DNA of 39,482 nucleotides, taken from positions 1-39,482 of the forward strand of contig QNCL01000002.1 in the NCBI GenBank assembly GCA_003645805.1, read 5' to 3'. The position numbers and the translations under genes are program-made. Under the pieces are notes generated by a model that saw only the letters and a program-made list of their open reading frames with translations, searched no databases and was not told the origin of the DNA. Positions within the stretch are counted from its first letter, which is position 1. Each line of letters starts with the position of its first letter. This document shows, piece after piece, positions 37,993 through 39,482 of the stretch. This DNA comes from Candidatus Omnitrophota bacterium. GTDB taxonomy: Bacteria; Omnitrophota; 4484-213.

Positions 37993-39045
37993 ATGAACGA
38001 TTACAAAGAAAGAAAATACTTATCATCTACAGAGGCGGCAAAATACTTAGGTATTACCGTGCAGAGGCTACGTGGTTTAGTTAGAGCCAAAAAAATTAAA
38101 TGTATTACAGCCGCAAGTGGTCAAAAAAGATTTGATTTGAGAGAATTAAAAAAATATGAGGCAGAATATCCTTATCAGAGCAGAAAAACTAAAAAGGAAA
38201 GCATCCCAACGGAAAACATACTAAACATAAACGGCACCACGCAGAGGATCTATGTCAAAAATGCAATGGAAATGGAAGATTTAGAAGACAACTCAGTTCA
38301 TTTGATGATTACCTCACCTCCTTATTTTGACGCTAAGATGTATACTAAAAAGCCCATAGAAAATGACTTGGGCAATATTCATGATCTAGATGAGTGGTTT
38401 GAAAAAATAGGCATTGTATGGAGAGAAGTTTTTAGGGTATTACAGCCCGGTAGAAAAGCCTTTATAAATATTATGAATCTACCAGTGAGAGATAATAGTA
38501 ATGGTTTTAGGTCCTTAAATTTGGTTGGAAGAACTATAGAATTGATGGAAAAAATTGGGTTTATCTTCAAAAGAGATATTATTTGGCATAAAACACATGG
38601 AGTTAGAGCTCATTTTGGGACATATCCATATCCCGGAGGAATTCTGATAAATAATATGCATGAATTTATTCTGGAATTTAATAAGCCAGACAAAAAAGGT
38701 TTTAATAAATACGGGCACCTAACCAAAAAACAAAAAGAGGAATCCAAGCTTGATAAAGAATTTTGGCTGAGTATAAAAAATACCGATGTTTGGACAATAA
38801 AACCCCAAAATAGCGGAGATAATAGATCGCATGTTGCTCCCTTTCCATACGAGTTGCCTTATAGAATTATAAAAGCATTTTCTTTTGTGAGGGAGGTAGT
38901 ATTAGATCCATTTTTGGGAAGCGGCACCACCCTAAAAGCAGCTGCTGATCTTAAAAGAGATGGTGTTGGTTATGAGATAGTGCCTGAAATAGCAGAAGTC
39001 GCAATTAAAAATTTAAATAATTACCAAACTAAGCTATTTATTTAA
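37993..39045 (+). CDS. Beta-class (N4-cytosine/N6-adenine) DNA methyltransferase with an N-terminal excisionase/MerR-type HTH
   Basis: Motif IV is SPPY (HLMITSPPYFD) and lies N-terminal to motif I (VLDPFLGSGTT). APFPYELPYRII is typical of the N6_N4_Mtase family. The N-terminal HTH is YLSSTEAAKYLGITVQRLRGLVRAKKIK. ATG 37993 (GGAGAG 6 nt upstream) is preferred to the track ATG 37915. Confidence 0.85.
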   Translation: MNDYKERKYLSSTEAAKYLGITVQRLRGLVRAKKIKCITAASGQKRFDLRELKKYEAEYPYQSRKTKKESIPTENILNINGTTQRIYVKNAMEMEDLEDNSVHLMITSPPYFDAKMYTKKPIENDLGNIHDLDEWFEKIGIVWREVFRVLQPGRKAFINIMNLPVRDNSNGFRSLNLVGRTIELMEKIGFIFKRDIIWHKTHGVRAHFGTYPYPGGILINNMHEFILEFNKPDKKGFNKYGHLTKKQKEESKLDKEFWLSIKNTDVWTIKPQNSGDNRSHVAPFPYELPYRIIKAFSFVREVVLDPFLGSGTTLKAAADLKRDGVGYEIVPEIAEVAIKNLNNYQTKLFI

Positions 39046-39049
39046 AAAT

Positions 39050-39482
39050 ATGGATTTAGATACAAAAACAATATACGCACAATCAAGTGATATTAAATCA
39101 AGGACATATCTTGAGTATCGCAAAGATATGAAACAAAAAGCTATCGCAGAACTGGAGGTTTTACCTTGGCTTAGAGAAAAAATTCGGGAAGAAGATAAAA
39201 ATGCTGTTGTAGAAAAATTTGGTGGTGATAAGTTTATATGGTTTTTGAGAAAGGGAGGGATAACAAGGGATCCAGATTTTATTGTTAAATATCCAAATGG
39301 AGAAGTTAAATATATAGAATTTCAATACGCAAAGGAGGAATTAAATGCTTATGATTTTAAAATTTCCAAAATTGCTCCAAAGGATAGAAAATTAAAGAAG
39401 AGGATTCCCAAAGAAGATACAAAAATTTTATACATCATTAAACCAACCTATCAATATACGCTTTTGGAGCCTGCTTGGATAG
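39050..39482 (+). CDS. 5' part of an unknown ORF, candidate cognate restriction endonuclease (truncated by the window end)
   Basis: ATG 39050 lies 4 nt after the methyltransferase stop, and the frame is open to the last base (144 codons: MDLDTKTIYAQSSDIK...TRDPDFIVKYPNGEVKYIEFQYAKEEL...). The D-P-D...E-F-Q-Y-A-K stretch loosely resembles a PD-(D/E)xK core. It is absent from the ORF track because no stop is reached. Confidence 0.45.
   Translation, partial: MDLDTKTIYAQSSDIKSRTYLEYRKDMKQKAIAELEVLPWLREKIREEDKNAVVEKFGGDKFIWFLRKGGITRDPDFIVKYPNGEVKYIEFQYAKEELNAYDFKISKIAPKDRKLKKRIPKEDTKILYIIKPTYQYTLLEPAWI

Larger units (their letters stand above)
37786..39482 (+). other. AT-rich accessory island abutting the tRNA-Leu 3' end (restriction-modification cassette; right boundary outside the window)
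   Basis: Base composition and codon choice change abruptly after 37785. AAA/GAA/AAT/ATT-rich codons replace the AGG/GAG/AAG-rich usage of the core genes. The contents are a methyltransferase plus an unknown ORF. Confidence 0.55.

Overview
This 39.5 kb window is a gene-dense stretch of bacterial chromosome. Every convincing gene except one small ORF lies on the + strand, and the coding strand is strongly purine-rich. Envelope genes point to a diderm organism: beta-barrel proteins ending in Phe, a lipobox lipoprotein, and mreBCD-mrdA-rodA. I cannot assign a taxon from sequence alone.

About 85% of the window is conserved housekeeping synteny, in this order:
- nusA-infB-rbfA-(DHH/NrnA-like)-truB-ribF-rpsO-pnp
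- dapB
- rpmA-obg-proB-proA-nadD
- rpsF-ssb-rpsR-rplI-dnaB
- cdaA-cdaR
- pdxJ-acpS-nnrD
- tRNA-Gly, then an HU/IHF-like gene
- rplM-rpsI-mreB-mreC-mreD-mrdA-rodA
- tRNA-Val, a small beta-barrel OMP, tRNA-Asp
- an MFS transporter, a lipoprotein, and an AlgE-like porin
- lepA-lepB, pgsA, der, an orphan tadB-tadC pair, tRNA-Leu

Accessory material sits only at the two edges.
- **Left edge:** a DUF4258/DUF2283 toxin-antitoxin-like pair whose second gene has no canonical start, plus the only minus-strand ORF.
- **Right edge:** a visibly AT-rich island directly after tRNA-Leu. It carries an HTH-fused SPPY (beta-class) DNA methyltransferase and a truncated downstream ORF that is probably its nuclease partner.

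Many ORF-track starts are upstream GTG/TTG extensions. I moved them to internal ATGs that have a Shine-Dalgarno sequence. I found no rRNA, CRISPR array, transposase or integrase.

I do not see a compelling multi-gene novel system. The best candidates for follow-up are:
- the tRNA-Leu island, which runs off the window
- the der-coupled orphan tadBC pair
- the start-less DUF2283 gene
- several cis-regulatory arrangements: the nusA leader, a TATAAT inside a terminator loop ahead of lepA, the porin 5' UTR palindrome, and a recurring TTGACA-N14-TGN-TAnnnT promoter architecture

All family assignments come from motif recall, not database searches.
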